A DNA stretch of 61,200 bases, the filler included, from Catajapyx aquilonaris (Eukaryota), in the NCBI GenBank assembly GCA_000934665.2. It is 3 parts of 3 records of this genome, joined end to end, with 100 filler letters (N's around TTAATTAATTAA, not from the genome) between each part and the next. Parts side by side here need not be neighbours in the genome. Positions count along the whole stretch, not along the records: positions 20,692 to 40,942 come from JYFJ02006323.1; positions 41,043 to 61,200 come from JYFJ02006324.1; 1 more part is not named here. The stretch is one strand, 5' to 3'. The notes under the pieces were generated by a model. It was not told the DNA's origin and made no database searches. It saw only the letters and a program-made list of their open reading frames with translations. Position 1 is the stretch's first letter. Each line of letters opens with the position of its first letter. The translations under genes were made by a program, and so were the position numbers. Of the stretch, positions 35,993 to 49,500 are shown one piece after another.

Positions 35993-38476
35993 TGTATTGT
36001 CAAATAATTAATGGGCCAATAAATTATGTAGCTGCTTCAAATAACATAATTATTGCAGAATTGGCTTGAGGTTTGTACGCAGTCCAATAAATTATGAAGG
36101 GATGATGAGCACAGCAAATATCGGAAGTCTCATTTTGCTACAAATTGCGTTCTTGGCATCAAAAATGTCCACAGCAAAAAAACCAGTTTTTGTCCAGTAG
36201 TCCCATCCCTCAACCAAGTCGACTTTTCAACAAAAAAGCACTCTCTCTGTATCTGCATCTATCCGGAAATTATACATCGTTCTGTATAAAAGAGCGCGCT
36301 CATTTTTGTCCCCCTCAACCCAAAGGACATTTCGGGACGAAACACACCCGCCATAATTATCTACTCGTCGTGTCCATACCTATTTTGCTCCGGCTCTGCC
36401 GATTATCCGGGGGAAGCCTATTTTGTAGCAGCTACATGCACCCGCATTTCATGCCTGCTGTTTTGGCTTTTGAACGTTCTACACCAGCACCCCTCCTCCC
36501 CCACCCCCATATTATGCAGACCGCGCTGTATACATTCAATCACATCCATTGTAATGTTAATTACATGGATAGAATTTAGCGTGGTAAATTATGCAGCGGA
36601 GGCAGCAAGATACGTGTGGCCCGTGTGCACGTGGGATTAATTTGGGCACACCCGCCCAGACCAGACCCAGGAATTGGTTATAGCCTTCGACACCTTGAGC
36701 AAACCATATTTCGCTCACCTATAGTGCGCATATTTGAATTAGTAATTAGCATCGGAGGCAACGTGCCTCAACTGCTTTCCATATGATCCGTCCTCTACAG
36801 AATATATTCAGGCCCTGGATTTCCCTTGTTTGTTGCACATTTCTAAGGCGCTTTTAATAACGTAGCAGCTATGAGCAAGCGGTGTCACGTGCTGATCCGC
36901 CATATTGCGCACTCCAAGTCAGGTCGCGACTCCTGAAAATTTTAGACGACCTCTCTTGTCCATAGTGGAACATTACAGCCGCCGCCCCTCTTAATTGCCA
37001 ATAGAGTGATAGAAAAAAAGCGTCGTTTCCGTTAATTAAACGCTTCGCAAGGAAAAGCACGCGCCGTCATCTCCATGGAAACAAGCCGCCAAAGCAGGTG
37101 CTCTCTAGTGACTACTACACAGCTGCCTTCTAATCCGCATTGCGGACCCACCTCTCGACCCTCTCCATCCCTTCTCCCCTCCTTTTCACAGACTCTTTTT
37201 CCGGGAACTTAAGGGGACATCAGAATCCGGAGCTTGGTTGCTACACCTGTTCTCATAAGGAAGGCAGGAAGCTTCAGAAATGTCTAGCCACAGGACGTTT
37301 CGAAAGCATAGCAAGTTGAATCAGGTGTTCTGTATACCTAAGTCATCCGAGAAGAATTCTTCCGATCCAACTCTATGCAACATGAACCGGAAAGGTTCGG
37401 AATCAATATTCACCATCCGCTTTTGGAATTTTCGAGGGAGATGGACTAGAAACGGGTTTTGTCAGGCTATCAAAAAATGGGAGAGACAGAACACTCTGAC
37501 AGGTGAGTGACGGAACGTCGAATTTGGGGCTCGCATATAACTCCAGTGTTGCAAGAAACATACAGGTGCCTCAGGTTGTGTGTTCTGCTGATGCCACTGC
37601 TGCTGGCCACCCACAATTAACATGTAATGTCCACAGTTTATTAAATGAGCAGAACAGTTAGGACATGATTCATAATGTTGATATTGACTACCGGTTGACT
37701 ATAAGAGTCCAGAGGCAGAATTTGGCCAACTTCATCACACAATCTACCACCATATGGCGTACAACATTAATCTTGAATCCCTTAGGTCCTGGAATCCCCT
37801 CACATGTTTCCACTTTCACGCACTTACAGCCGCCATTTTGATTTCCTCCTAGGATTAGCGATTCTGCGTGTAGCACGTGCAAGGTAATCCTCAACTTTCT
37901 GTTGAGCCCAATTTCATTAGCGAGCTTGTCATCCGGGGACAGAAGCAGCCCGGGAGACCCCAGAATTAGCCAACTTTACATTAAACCGCATTTACCGGAC
38001 TAACAACCGTCCAACTTCAAAATGGCGGCAGCGTGGGAGAACATAGTATGCCAACAGGCTGAGGGGTGAAAAAGGGGGGGGGGGAGAAACATTTACCGTA
38101 TGATTCTACGAAAATCCTGTGGTTAAAATACTGGTGAATTTGAAGGGCTTAATTCCGCGAATTTAGTGGCCATGGGAAAATTTAAGAGCGCCTGTGTTAC
38201 AATTAAATCCGCTTTCGTTATCCGAATGGCGAGATAAAAGCGACGGAAACTCTTGATATAAACAAGGGGGGATTGTACTCCCTCGAGTGATTCCAATTCA
38301 ATCAGGCAAAAACCTGACCAGACTCGCTAACATTTGTTCTGTCGATAGATCCACCAGATGTGAGCAAGATTGAAATTCTAGGTACCGCAACATGCCATTT
38401 TCTTAATGGCAAAAAACAATCATTTGTAAGCTACAAATCTTTAAGCATAAACTGATAAACACAAAGTTATTTTATA

Positions 38477-38728
38477 CTAACTGCGGCACCCGGCGTTGCC
38501 CGGGAAGAAATGAATGAAGAGAAAACACCTGCCAGTAGCCCCGTCAACTGTCTGTCTTTCTGGGTGTCCGGCCACCAATGCCATCTGTGGTCCTGCTACT
38601 CCAACACCTTCAACCTCTCCCGCCTGTATAACGGCAACCGTCATTTGCCTGCCATCTGTAGTCAACCCCCAACACCGGTTGGCAGGCGGACAGACAGACA
38701 GACTCACAAACGGCTTTATTTATATAGA
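38477..38728 (-). mobile_element. Non-autonomous Helitron, copy 2
   Basis: Minus strand A|TC..(GTCT)n..CCCGGGCAACGCCGGG hairpin..TTAG|T: 5'-TC start, subterminal hairpin, CTAG-like end, inserted between A and T with no TSD. Confidence 0.8.
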
Positions 38729-39695
38729 TGTAAGTCGAGTTACAGCCTTGTATAATTCGACTATTTAATAAAATATATATGGACAAAGCGTGGCAAAATT
38801 ATCAGAGTTTTCGTAGCCAAAATCAGCGTCAAGAGCAGGAAATCTTTGAAGTTGCTTCCACTTTGTTGTGGTCAATTTAGCCGTCGCCATTAGCTTGGTG
38901 CTGCATAAAGTCGCAGCCAGGAACAGCAATGCCTCTTTGAAGTAACTTGACGTCAACACAGAGAAATACAAGTTAGGTGGCCTTATTTTCCTCCCGGAAA
39001 CTCGGGAGGCAGCAGCCAGAGAGAGACTGTAATAAATGGAGGAAAGTACACAAAAGATTTTAATTACGAAAGCTGAGGTCAGGTCTAAAATTAGAGTCAC
39101 GCTGAAATGAGGGCTTTATACCGTGTGAAGATTGGATTACCATCATTATGAATAGTAAAGGCAGTTATGTATTAATGTCCCTGATTTTGATAAGGAGCAG
39201 TTTAAAAAGTGGCTAACGTAATTGCATGGGAGATTAAATTTCATGCATTTATGCACAACTTCAACTGCCCTCTGGTCATCATGAATAAACCCTCTTGCTG
39301 ACTACCCGGCCCTCTTAGCAACTCATATCCCTGAGGTGGTCCGATCTATCCTGGAGATAAGCCCGACTAGTACATGACACTATCGGGGCATAAGCTTCAC
39401 CTGATGAATGCTTTCCTGGCCCATTTGTAATCCACTTCTACTAACTAGAACCAGCAGCACAATCGCTATCTGGAGCGGCCCGTCTCTACTCTATATCTCA
39501 GCACCAGGGTTGCAAACCTTTCAGAGATACTCTAGTTCACAGAGACCTGAATATTCAACGGTAAGGTCATATTTAAGATCAATGTAATTAGCAGGAAGGC
39601 GATAATTACATTTCTTTTACGTCACCTGAACATGCACTTCATGATTTTCTATTGAAATTAATGACTCAACGAGTTGGAAAAAATTATGTAAAATA

Positions 39696-40001
39696 CAGGG
39701 TGTCTCATCTTTTTTGTCCGAACAGTTACTTTTTAAGCAGTGACTTGCAACCGGTGATTTGTCGGAGGAATGGGGAATGGGAAAAAAGAGGGTCACACAT
39801 CCCATGGCATGTGTGACCCTCTTTTTTCCAGGCTTGACCCGCAATTTTCAGCTGGCAGCACGTATGCCACTTCAACCTACGATTCGCAGGGAATATTCCA
39901 CGTTCCTCCGAAAAATCACCGTTTGCAAGTCACTGCTTAAAAAGCAGCAGCTACGCGCAATTTTCCGATAACTGTTCGGACAAAAAAGATGAGACACCCT
40001 G
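39696..40001. mobile_element. Tc1/mariner-type MITE with internal palindrome
   Basis: 33-bp perfect TIR CAGGGTGTCTCATCTTTTTTGTCCGAACAGTTA with TA TSDs; central hairpin aaaaaagagggtcacacat-cccatggc-atgtgtgaccctctttttt. Confidence 0.9.
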
Positions 40002-40942
40002 TATAGCTAAAACAGTTCCAAGCTGTGTAAGTGATTTAATGGCTGATAATATTGTGTATTAATAAAAAAAATATTATGAACGCTGATGAGGAAGAGCGGC
40101 AAAGAATCTTCTTTTAGGTTAACTATTTAGAGTGTATAACTTGGTCTATAAAAGGCACAAAGCAAGACTCTTTCGTACAGTGCAATACACTCATCGCCCA
40201 TACGCTACTAATCCGATTAATTTTTGGTTCGTTAGGCTCTAAGGTTCTTTAGGCTGCAGTTAATGACGTGTTTCCAGATTAGTCATGTGCATCGCACACT
40301 GCCTTGGAGCAGTTTCAAAACCCAACTTAATTACATGTTAATTACACGAGTACAGTAGTAGTCGGGACATTTTTTAAAAATAAATAAAAGCCCCATTTTG
40401 GATACATACGTTATGACTAACTTGGCGGATAGTTAAGGGACATTTCAGAAAAAAACTTTTACCTGGCCAATCAGATTGCAACTAGGAAATCTCGTCATCT
40501 GATTACACCATGAGGTAAATAGAGCTGTGTTGAATATTAGATACAATGGGATGAAAAGGATCTTCCTTATCGATTAGGCCTAATGAAGTTCAATTAGTGC
40601 TCCTTTACCTGCGCTGCTGCTAGTGTTTCCTAATAACCCCCCCTCTAGGCGCCCACTTTTTGTATGTAGTAATTGATGATAATTAATTAGGGAAGTGATC
40701 ACCTTCCAAGTTTGACTCGAGGGAGAATAGTAGGCAATCAAATCTGGATCCATCAGGTGATTATCATCCGGGGGCTTAATCTCCAGATTTACAAGTGGGT
40801 GCCTTGCATTCCTAATCTGAGGCTGGAAACAGAGTCAAACTCAACCCTCCCCCCCCCCCTCCGAAACTTTTCCAGAAATATTTCCTGGAGGTGGGAGCAG
40901 CAGGGAAGGGCGCCTAGAAGGGGGTAAGTGGTGCAAAGAAAC

Positions 40943-41042
40943 NNNNNNNNNNNNNNNNNNNNNNNNNNNNNNNNNNNNNNNNNNNNTTAATTAATTAANN
41001 NNNNNNNNNNNNNNNNNNNNNNNNNNNNNNNNNNNNNNNNNN
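40943..41042. other. Artificial contig linker
   Basis: 44 N + TTAATTAATTAA + 44 N, identical to the first linker. Confidence 0.95.
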
Positions 41043-41350
41043 GGGTGAGGAGATGAGAACGTGGGGAAGGCAGGAGGAGCATCAGCATAACTGGAATTTC
41101 AATGTGAAAAGTAATCTGTGGTAAAAATGCCGCATCTGGTATAAGCAGCAGCAGACTTCGTGAACATTTTTTTTTTTTTACCATTTAGACTCAAAAAAGT
41201 GTCATTTTCAGATTTATTCTGAGGTTTGTTTGACAAGCTCTACCAGCATACCAAATTTCAGCATCCTAGGACCACTGGAAGTTACGTATAATTTTGATGA
41301 TCAGTCAGTGAGTGCGCAGTGAGTGTCATATTTTGGCCGTTTTGGGAGTT

Positions 41351-41830
41351 TTAACCCTTAACTACGTAGGTGGAGCCTGAGAGGCTCCAAGCACTATTTA
41401 AACGCATGTAACTTTTTCATCGAATTTTATTTTCCCCTGTCCTTCCGTGACTTTGTCAGACAAACCTTCCTAAGCATGAAAAAAAAAGAAACAAAATTTT
41501 AAGTCCCTATTGTTTGGTTTTAAAAAATTCGTAACGAGGAACAGGTCCCTCCTGGACTCTATACTGGCTCTACCTATGCAGGTGAAGACTGAGCGGCTCA
41601 AGCATGATGTAACCTTTTAATTAAAAAATTTTCCCTGTCGGAATATGCTGACTCAGCGTGTGATTTTTACGTTATCGGAAGCCTAATGATCTGAACTGCA
41701 CTTTCTGTATGTGAAAAGTCCAATATAACAATTTAGTTGATAAGCAGAAATTGAAATATACCGTTGGAGCCTCTCAGGCTCCACCTACGTAGTTAAAGGT
41801 GTTTCACCCACCTACGGAGTTAAGGGTTAA
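41351..41830. mobile_element. piggyBac-type MITE
   Basis: TTAA-CCCTTAACT ... AGTTAAGGG-TTAA termini; internal inverted repeat taactacgtaggtggagcctgagaggctccaa / ttggagcctctcaggctccacctacgtagtta. Confidence 0.8.
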
Positions 41831-42450
41831 GGATTTTTAAAGTCGGAAATGAAAAGAGATATGAACATGGAAGTAAGGGGGTATTATTTTTAACCTATTT
41901 TTATCTACCCAAATAAAATTTTTGAAGCCACCTACGTTCACCAGTGCGAAGATTCGAGGGGGTCAAAATGACGTGAGTTGTGTCGGGTAAAGGTGGTCCG
42001 GCAGTGCGGCGAGAACTTGGCGGGGGCACTCCCGTGCCCCCTAATAGATTCGGCTTTGAGAGTGAGTTCAGGGGGAGAAAACTCAGTTGAGATGTATGGA
42101 TTTGCCTTTATCGTTCAGCCAACATCTTCTCATGGGGGGACGAGGCAGGCCCATTATGAAAGAGTCACTATTGGTTAGCTGCGCATTTGCAGGTTGCAGT
42201 TATATTCTGCCATAGGAATACCAGTACTCCTACATATTTACAGGACATAAATAATGTGCAGTCATAACAGAGTCATCATGGCTCCACAGCCCCAGATGCA
42301 GAGACGTATTTCATATAACAGGAACAGTTTTATTGTTGCAATATAATATTCCTTGATATGAACACAGTCATGCACTCTGTTTTATTCGAGTGTTCCACAA
42401 GAGCACATTCTGAATGCAAACCACATAACTACTCACTCAAAATATGAGGC

Positions 42451-43185
42451 CTAGTCAGAAAGTAAGTTTCGCTATGCTACAGTTTCGAACCCATGCGACG
42501 GACAGAGTAAAAACGAGTATGAGCAGGTACATTGATCCTTCCTCTACTTTATAGGGTGGGTAGGTGCCTTCTTGAAACTTCTGCACAAGTGTGGCAGCCG
42601 TCGGACGAGACTGAGTGGCTAGCCGAGCATATGCCCACCCACATTCCACCAGGAAATGCCATGCCAGACAAAGAGTGTTGGTTACATGGACTGAGAAAGA
42701 AGTTAGGACACTTGAGGACACTGTCGGTAACTGCCGTGGCCGGTAGGCCAGGTCTCTGGTTGTCCTTTACACTCGCGAGCTTATTCCGAAATTGCTGGCA
42801 CCATATTGCCGCACAATTTTCTCAGACATGACATCTCCGGACCATACTCCATACACTCCACTAGCCAGCGATGAATATCATCCGTCAACTCATGTCAAAT
42901 GTCGACCACTGGTAGCGAACATCTGCTCTCGCTTCTGCCTTAGTTCATGTGATCAACACTCTCTGTCTGGCATGACTTTCCCTGGCGGAATGTGGGCGGA
43001 CACACTTGGCTCGCCATTCGGTCTCATCCAACAGCTGCTGCATCTGCACATAAGTTGCAAGAAGGCACCTACCCATCCTATAAACAAAGTATACGAAGGA
43101 TCAACGTACCTGCTCATGCTCGTTTTTTATTTGTCCGTCGCATGGCGTCGAAACTGTAGCATCGCGAAACTTACTTTCCAACTAG
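42451..43185. mobile_element. Foldback MITE with ~240-bp imperfect arms, just 3' of EME1
   Basis: ctagtcagaaagtaagtttcgctatgctacagtttcga..catgcgacggaca.. vs ..tgtccgtcgcatg..tcgaaactgtagcatcgcgaaacttactttccaactag. Confidence 0.85.
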
Positions 43186-43553
43186 CTCTTGTAGCTTAAA
43201 ATCCACCAGCTTATGCACTGATCCCCCCTGCCCTCTCGCGCATATTACATAGAACCTCCTCAGCTTAACCTCATTATCAAAATCTAACCATATTGGTCCT
43301 AATGGTTGTGTCAATAAATCAAACAGCATGAAGCAGAACTATATTAAGAGGGCACATTTTTAAAAGTTGAAGGAAGGAAGAATTTTTCTCATCTGGATAT
43401 GGCTCCATAAACATTCTTTCCTATTTAATCATGCTGCTTTGAAAGAACCAGTTTTATCGTTGCCACACTCGCTTCAATAATGACTTGGTGCTGTCTGCTG
43501 TGTCTAACCTGGTCTAACTTGATTCCAGAACCAAGCAGACGTGACAATGACTC

Positions 43554-46500
43554 TCAGTCCTGCAAGTTGACGTTCGGGTCACGGCATGTCATAAATGAAA
43601 AAATCTTCTGACTTAACACTGGTCCAACTCTTCTCTCTGTAGTCAATGGGCCTATTCCTCTTCGCACCTGTGTAAAATGAAATAAATGTAGAGTGATGAC
43701 TTCATAGCCTTCCCCAACAGCCCAACCTACCATTGAGTTACATACTGAAGTAGTGCTGCTTAAAAATTAGCAGCACTACTTAAATTGTTGGGCAGGTTTT
43801 TTGCGCACTATTACTTCTGTTTTGCATTGCAACCCATCCTCTTTGTGGTACACATATGGTGGGGGTTACCCTTGGCCCAGTGTGCAGCTGACCTAACACA
43901 CCTCAGCCAGGTGATTCTATTCTCGATTGTAGGAGAGGTAGGGCACTGTGCGATCGACCCGAAAGTAATCATTTCGGATTGGTCCACAAACAATGCAAAC
44001 AGTTTGCCCTTGGGTTTAGAAAGATGGTACTGAATTAGGGTATTTAGAACGAAAATTTGATCCACACAGCCCCTGCCTTGCCTAAAAGCTGCTTGGATAT
44101 CTGGGAACAAATAATGATTTGTCTCTGCCCAGTGAGTCAGGCGGCTGACTAAAATTGAGGTATAGAGCTTTAAAATGTTGTTGAAAAGAGTGATTGGGCG
44201 GTAGTTTTCAGTCTAAGCCGGGTTGCCTTTCTTGAAGATCGGGATGACCAGGGACTTTGGCCAGGATGTAGGAATTATGGCTGAGTTAAGGCATAGATTA
44301 ACAACTGCCAATAAAAAATGTTGTAAGTTCTCCAATTTAATTTTTAGGAAATTATTTGGAATGTTGTCTGGCCCAACCGATTTTTTCCTTTTCAGCTTCT
44401 CAGTAGCCCTGGAAAGTTCTGCTTGCGTAATAGGCGAAACGAGTAGGGTATCACTTTCAGATAAGCAAGAGACCAGCCCTAGGATCCGCCGGGTGACAGC
44501 ACCATGGAAACTGTACAACTTAACTAGGTGGTGCCACCATAAGTCCTGGGGGAGTTGGTTGGACAGGTGGGCCTTTTTCCCTGCGTTCACAATACTCCAA
44601 AACGTTTTGGAGTCGTTAGTTTGACTAAAGGTTTGTAACCGGTGCCTAGTATAAGCTTTCGCCTTGGCAGTTTTCAAATTTTTGTAAGAGCGATTGAGTT
44701 CCCGGTAACTAATCAAGTTCGTCTTTGTGGGGTTTTTACACCATGTTGCCAGTTTACTTAGCACGTTCCTTTTCGCTTCTTCTGTTTCAACATCGAACCA
44801 TTTAACTGTGTGTTTCTTAGTGTGGTAACAGTTACCTGGTTTTTGCATGCAAAGAAAACCTTCCGCTCAGAGTAGATTTAAAGCTTGAGTAGAGAAATTC
44901 GACATTAGGTCATTTAGCACGAGTTGGTTTAGTTGCTGATGGCTTGGGATAAACTATTGTTATCCGCACCTTAACAACACGGTCGGTGTTAGGCCTCCCG
45001 ACGGTTGGCAACGTTGCGTCGCAAACAATCGGGTGCCTATTGATACTGCTGCATGGTTACATGGAACTGTGCTTTATTCTTCTTTTCGGGCTTTCGGGGA
45101 TTCAATTCGGGATTTTGAGGTGATTAAGTGGATGGAATAGCCCTTTGTCTTGGTGTTGCTGTATGGCTTTTTGTTAACCCAACAGTACTGTACATTGTTG
45201 TGGCCCTGCCAGGCACGGTACGTCGTCCATGCGTGATATTTTTAGATTTTGCGGAGCTGGGCGCTTATTGTGGGTTTCTGTATCCGCAACATTTACTGTC
45301 CGTCTTGTGGCGCCGCAGGCCAACGAACGTTATTGTGGCTTTGCCAAGCGCGAAGTACACCTTCACACAGTCCGTTAAACCAACAAACTACATGACGCCA
45401 AGTTCTGCCCGCCACCACCCGGCTCTCCCCTCCAATCATGCTCACGACTCACTCTGCAGGCATACTACTGCACACGCTCAGAAAACACGGCTGGTGTGAC
45501 ATCATATCGTTCTTTGGGTTAACGGACTGCAGCAACCATCACGGCTTTTTCCCACCTCCTTCATTAATACTGTGGTCCTAGCACTCGTCTGAACGGTTCG
45601 CGTGGAAGGGGCAAGAAGACGCCCTTTGTTATGCTCTCCCGGCAACCGGTTGTTTCCGACGCGTAGCCAACATGTTTGGAGCACACGACGCCCTGCCAAT
45701 CCCACCGCGTGGCTAGGTGCAGATAAACGATAGACTTTCCATGGCTTGTACTGATAGGTGTATCAAGGTTCCAAGTGTCAACAATCGATGTTAGGTGGTG
45801 CAGTACAGAGTCAATGCGGATGAGTTTTTCAAATGGTCGGGATGTCCGGGTGATTTGGAAGGAATTGATTAAAAAATGGATAGCGTTATTGGGAAGTGGT
45901 CAGAGCCGAGGACATCTAGCACCTTGAAGTCTGAGACTGTATGTACAAACGCTGATGAGGCGCACATTATATCCACCATTGAGTGGCCCTGATGAGAGGC
46001 AAAAGTAAACTCTCCCTGAGGGTCAGACCGGTTGTACCGTTAAGTACTATCAGGGCACTGTCATTACAAAAGTTCCATAGCATCTTCCCTCTGGCATTTA
46101 AGACCTTATCCTTAGAACAGCGTGCGGTGGTAAAGGAGTCCAAGGGCGATTCAGGTGAAAAGGCTGGTTGCAAGGTGATGTTGCCTAACCGGGCGTTCAA
46201 ATCACCCGTAAGCAGCAGTCCCATGCATAATGGAGTGAGATTACTTGCATCAATTCTTTTAGGTGATCAGCAAAGTGCGAGCTAGGGGAACAGTAAATGA
46301 TCATCAAGAAAAGCGTACTGGGGCATAACTGGATTTTCACAAAAATAAACCAAGCTGCATCGCGCATCAAAGTTACTTCCCACTTTTTGTCTACAAACAA
46401 CATGATACCGCCCAAGGGGCGGCCAACTTTGTGAAGCCGTACAGCTGGAACTTGAAATAAAGAATAGCACTGTTCAACGTTCTTCAGGGATACTGTATGG

Positions 46501-49500
46501 TCAGACCACGTTTCCACAAAACCCAGTGCAGGGTAGCTAACAGTATCGAAAATGTCTTGTGCCTTCTCACTGACGGAACCTCCAGCAATGTTCCAGCAGA
46601 TCACATTTAGACTATGGGTCTCTGTTAACTGAGAGCTGGGCGGATCCTGTTACAAGTTAGAAGGCGTTGGTCGAGCGGCAGTAGACTCAGTGAGCTTGTA
46701 CTTCTCAAGCTTACTAGCTGTGTCTGCAGGAATGTTCGAAGGCACTGGCGGAATAGAGCCAGACGTGGTTGGGACACTAGACACTTCACCTGGGGGGCAC
46801 TTCACTTGTCACTGTGACTTCACTGCCCGCTTGGTGCATAGGGCTGGTTGACAACATGTTTGGACGTTTCCCTGGGCCAGAGTATAAGTCCGGGGAGTTT
46901 AGGGCCCTCTTTGACGACTGTCGAGGTGCTTGTGTGCTAGGAGGTAGCTCAGCTAGTCCGGTACGTCTGGATCGGTCTACAAGTTGTACGTCTGTGCCTT
47001 CTGGGTTCATCTCATACAGGCGGCCTTCTACCAGAAGTTTGTCGATCTTCAATTTCGCTGGTTGGTTTCTCTTCCTCGCGTCCTTCAGGAAAGGTAAGAG
47101 TGCCCTCCGTCTGTCGCGGGTGGCGGGAGCGAAATCTTCTGAGGCTCGGCGGTGTGTTTTTCAGGTTGCGGGCATGCAACAGATAAGAATGATGTCCTTG
47201 TTAGTGTGGCGAAGACACGCAGCAATTATCGGGCGGCGGCCAGGACGGGCCCCCACGCGGTGTGCTCGCTGGAACTCAATTGTGGCCGGTGACGGGTGAA
47301 GATTCTAGTCCTTAATCGTGGCACGCAGAAGCAGCTCAGTGTCGGCCCATTTTTCGGGGCCTTGCTCGGGAGCACCGTACATGACAACATTTTGTCTGCG
47401 AGATCTGTTTTCCAGGTCTTCCATGTGGGCACCGACGACTCACCTCTTGTAGCAGCGGACTGTTTTCCTGCTTGAGTGTGTGGGTAGTGGTCCGCAAGCC
47501 GTCCAATTCCACAAGCAGACCATGCTGCTGCTGCTCCCAAGTTTTCCGAAGATCAGATAGCGTCTGGTCCATTTTCGCTACTATGTCCTCCTTGAACCGA
47601 TCCAGGAGAGCACGGATCGCGTCCATCGTCACGTCTGCCGTGGTTCATGGTGTTGGCAATGCTTACACACAATGTGGCCAAAAGGTATTGTTGTAGAGTC
47701 AAGTAGGGTTTGAGTCGTATGGGATAGAAGGGCAAACCAGGGCACGGAGTGAGGTGCAAGCATGTCCGGACCCACTCGATCTCACCGTCCGTCTGACAGT
47801 CTTATAATATACTCAGGTCCAGACACTCCCCCCCCCCCCTTTTTTTTTGCATTAGCTNTTGCATTAGCTTAGTTGCTCCACCCACCAGGAGGGGGGGGTG
47901 TTCTGATTTGGCGCTGGTATCACTCCACAGTTCCCAAGGCAGTTCCTGGCGGACAATGCTTTGCACTGCAGCTGGATCCGGAGACCGCTCACTGTGTGGT
48001 CTACCAGGAACCATCTTAGGAATTGTGGAGCGACACCAGTGCCTAATCGGCAACACCATTCCCTACGGTTGCCTGAGCTAAGCTCACAGGGGTCCCCATA
48101 AGGCTGGGGTAGGTGTGTCAGAGGGTTGGTCCCAGCATACAGATTGGCAAAATCACAAATACTGTATACTTTCCTTTGCCTGTGGCACTCAAGGCAGACA
48201 GTTGGAGAGAAGAGAGATTGGGAAGAAACCTAATCAATAACTCGATGTGGCTATCTGGCTATTATTATAATGATGTGCATTTGAACATGCGTGAGCCAAT
48301 CGGAATGAGCTCCGAAACATCTTTCCATGGCAAGAGACAATCACAATCACATTCTCATCTCTCAGAACTATTTCGAATCGTCTCACAAGGGAACCTCTCG
48401 AAGTGTCACTCGAAGTTCAAGGTGAAATATTTTTTTCGGGTTTCTTATCAGCTAGAAGGACAGCACCCTTCTGGATAAATCCACAATCTCAAGCGTTTTC
48501 GAGATACAGGGGTCAAAAGGTCAAGAATGGACCACTTTATGAAGGCCCTGAGGAAGCTATCATTAGTGGTATCGGCGAGATTTTTGGGATCTAGAGGTTT
48601 CATGGGATGCGGAATACAGTGGCACAACCGAAAATCATGAATTATGCACATGAAGGGTACTTCTCAGGGAAGGGGTGGGAGGTGGGGGGACAAAAATTAC
48701 TGTAAACAAAGTATATTCTACTCCTTACGTCTTTAGACAGCACTGACTGGACACCCAAGTTGGTGAATTTCATTAACTATATCATGTAAACATGAATTAT
48801 GTAGAATTTCTGAAGCACTCCTCTTGACGAAATTCACCAACTTGGGTGTCCAGTCAGTGCTGTCTAAAGACATAAGGAGTAGAAAATACTTTGTTTATAG
48901 TAATTTCTGTCCCCCTCACCTCCCACCCCCTTCCCTGAGAAGTACCCTTCATGTGCATAATTCATGAATTTTGGTTATGCCACTGTCTTCCCCATCCCAA
49001 GAAACCTCTCGATCCCAAAAATCTCGCCGATAGCACTAATGATAGCTTCCTCAGGGCCTTCATAAAGTGGTCCATTCTTGACCTTTTGACCCCTGTATTT
49101 CGAAAACGCTTGAGATCGAGGATTTATCCAGAAGGGTGCTGTCCTTCTAGCTGTTAAGGAACCCGAAAAAAAAATTTTCACCTTGAACTTCGAGTGACAC
49201 TTCGAGAGGTTCCCTTGTCAGTTGCATATAACAAAAAATTAATAACTCACCATTATGTCTTGAAGTAGGGCCTTGGCTTCCTCCTGAGATGTGCATTCAT
49301 CATAAGCCTGACAATAAATTGTTAAAAACTTATTATACAATCAGCTCAGTTTTGCACAGTTTTGCATATAACTTTGTACAAGTTATATGCACAGCATGGC
49401 CAGTAGCATGCCAGCAAAGATAATTTATTTCAACATCAAAAAACAGCTTTTATGTGAATGACTGTTGTGGTCTTCAGTAAAGGACATTTCCTACTGCCTA

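Noticed and set aside
47860..48115. Possible ribozyme or retroelement 5' UTR with hairpin TGAGCTAAGCTCA
   Set aside because: I could not build a hammerhead or HDV-like fold by eye; an Infernal/Rfam scan is needed.
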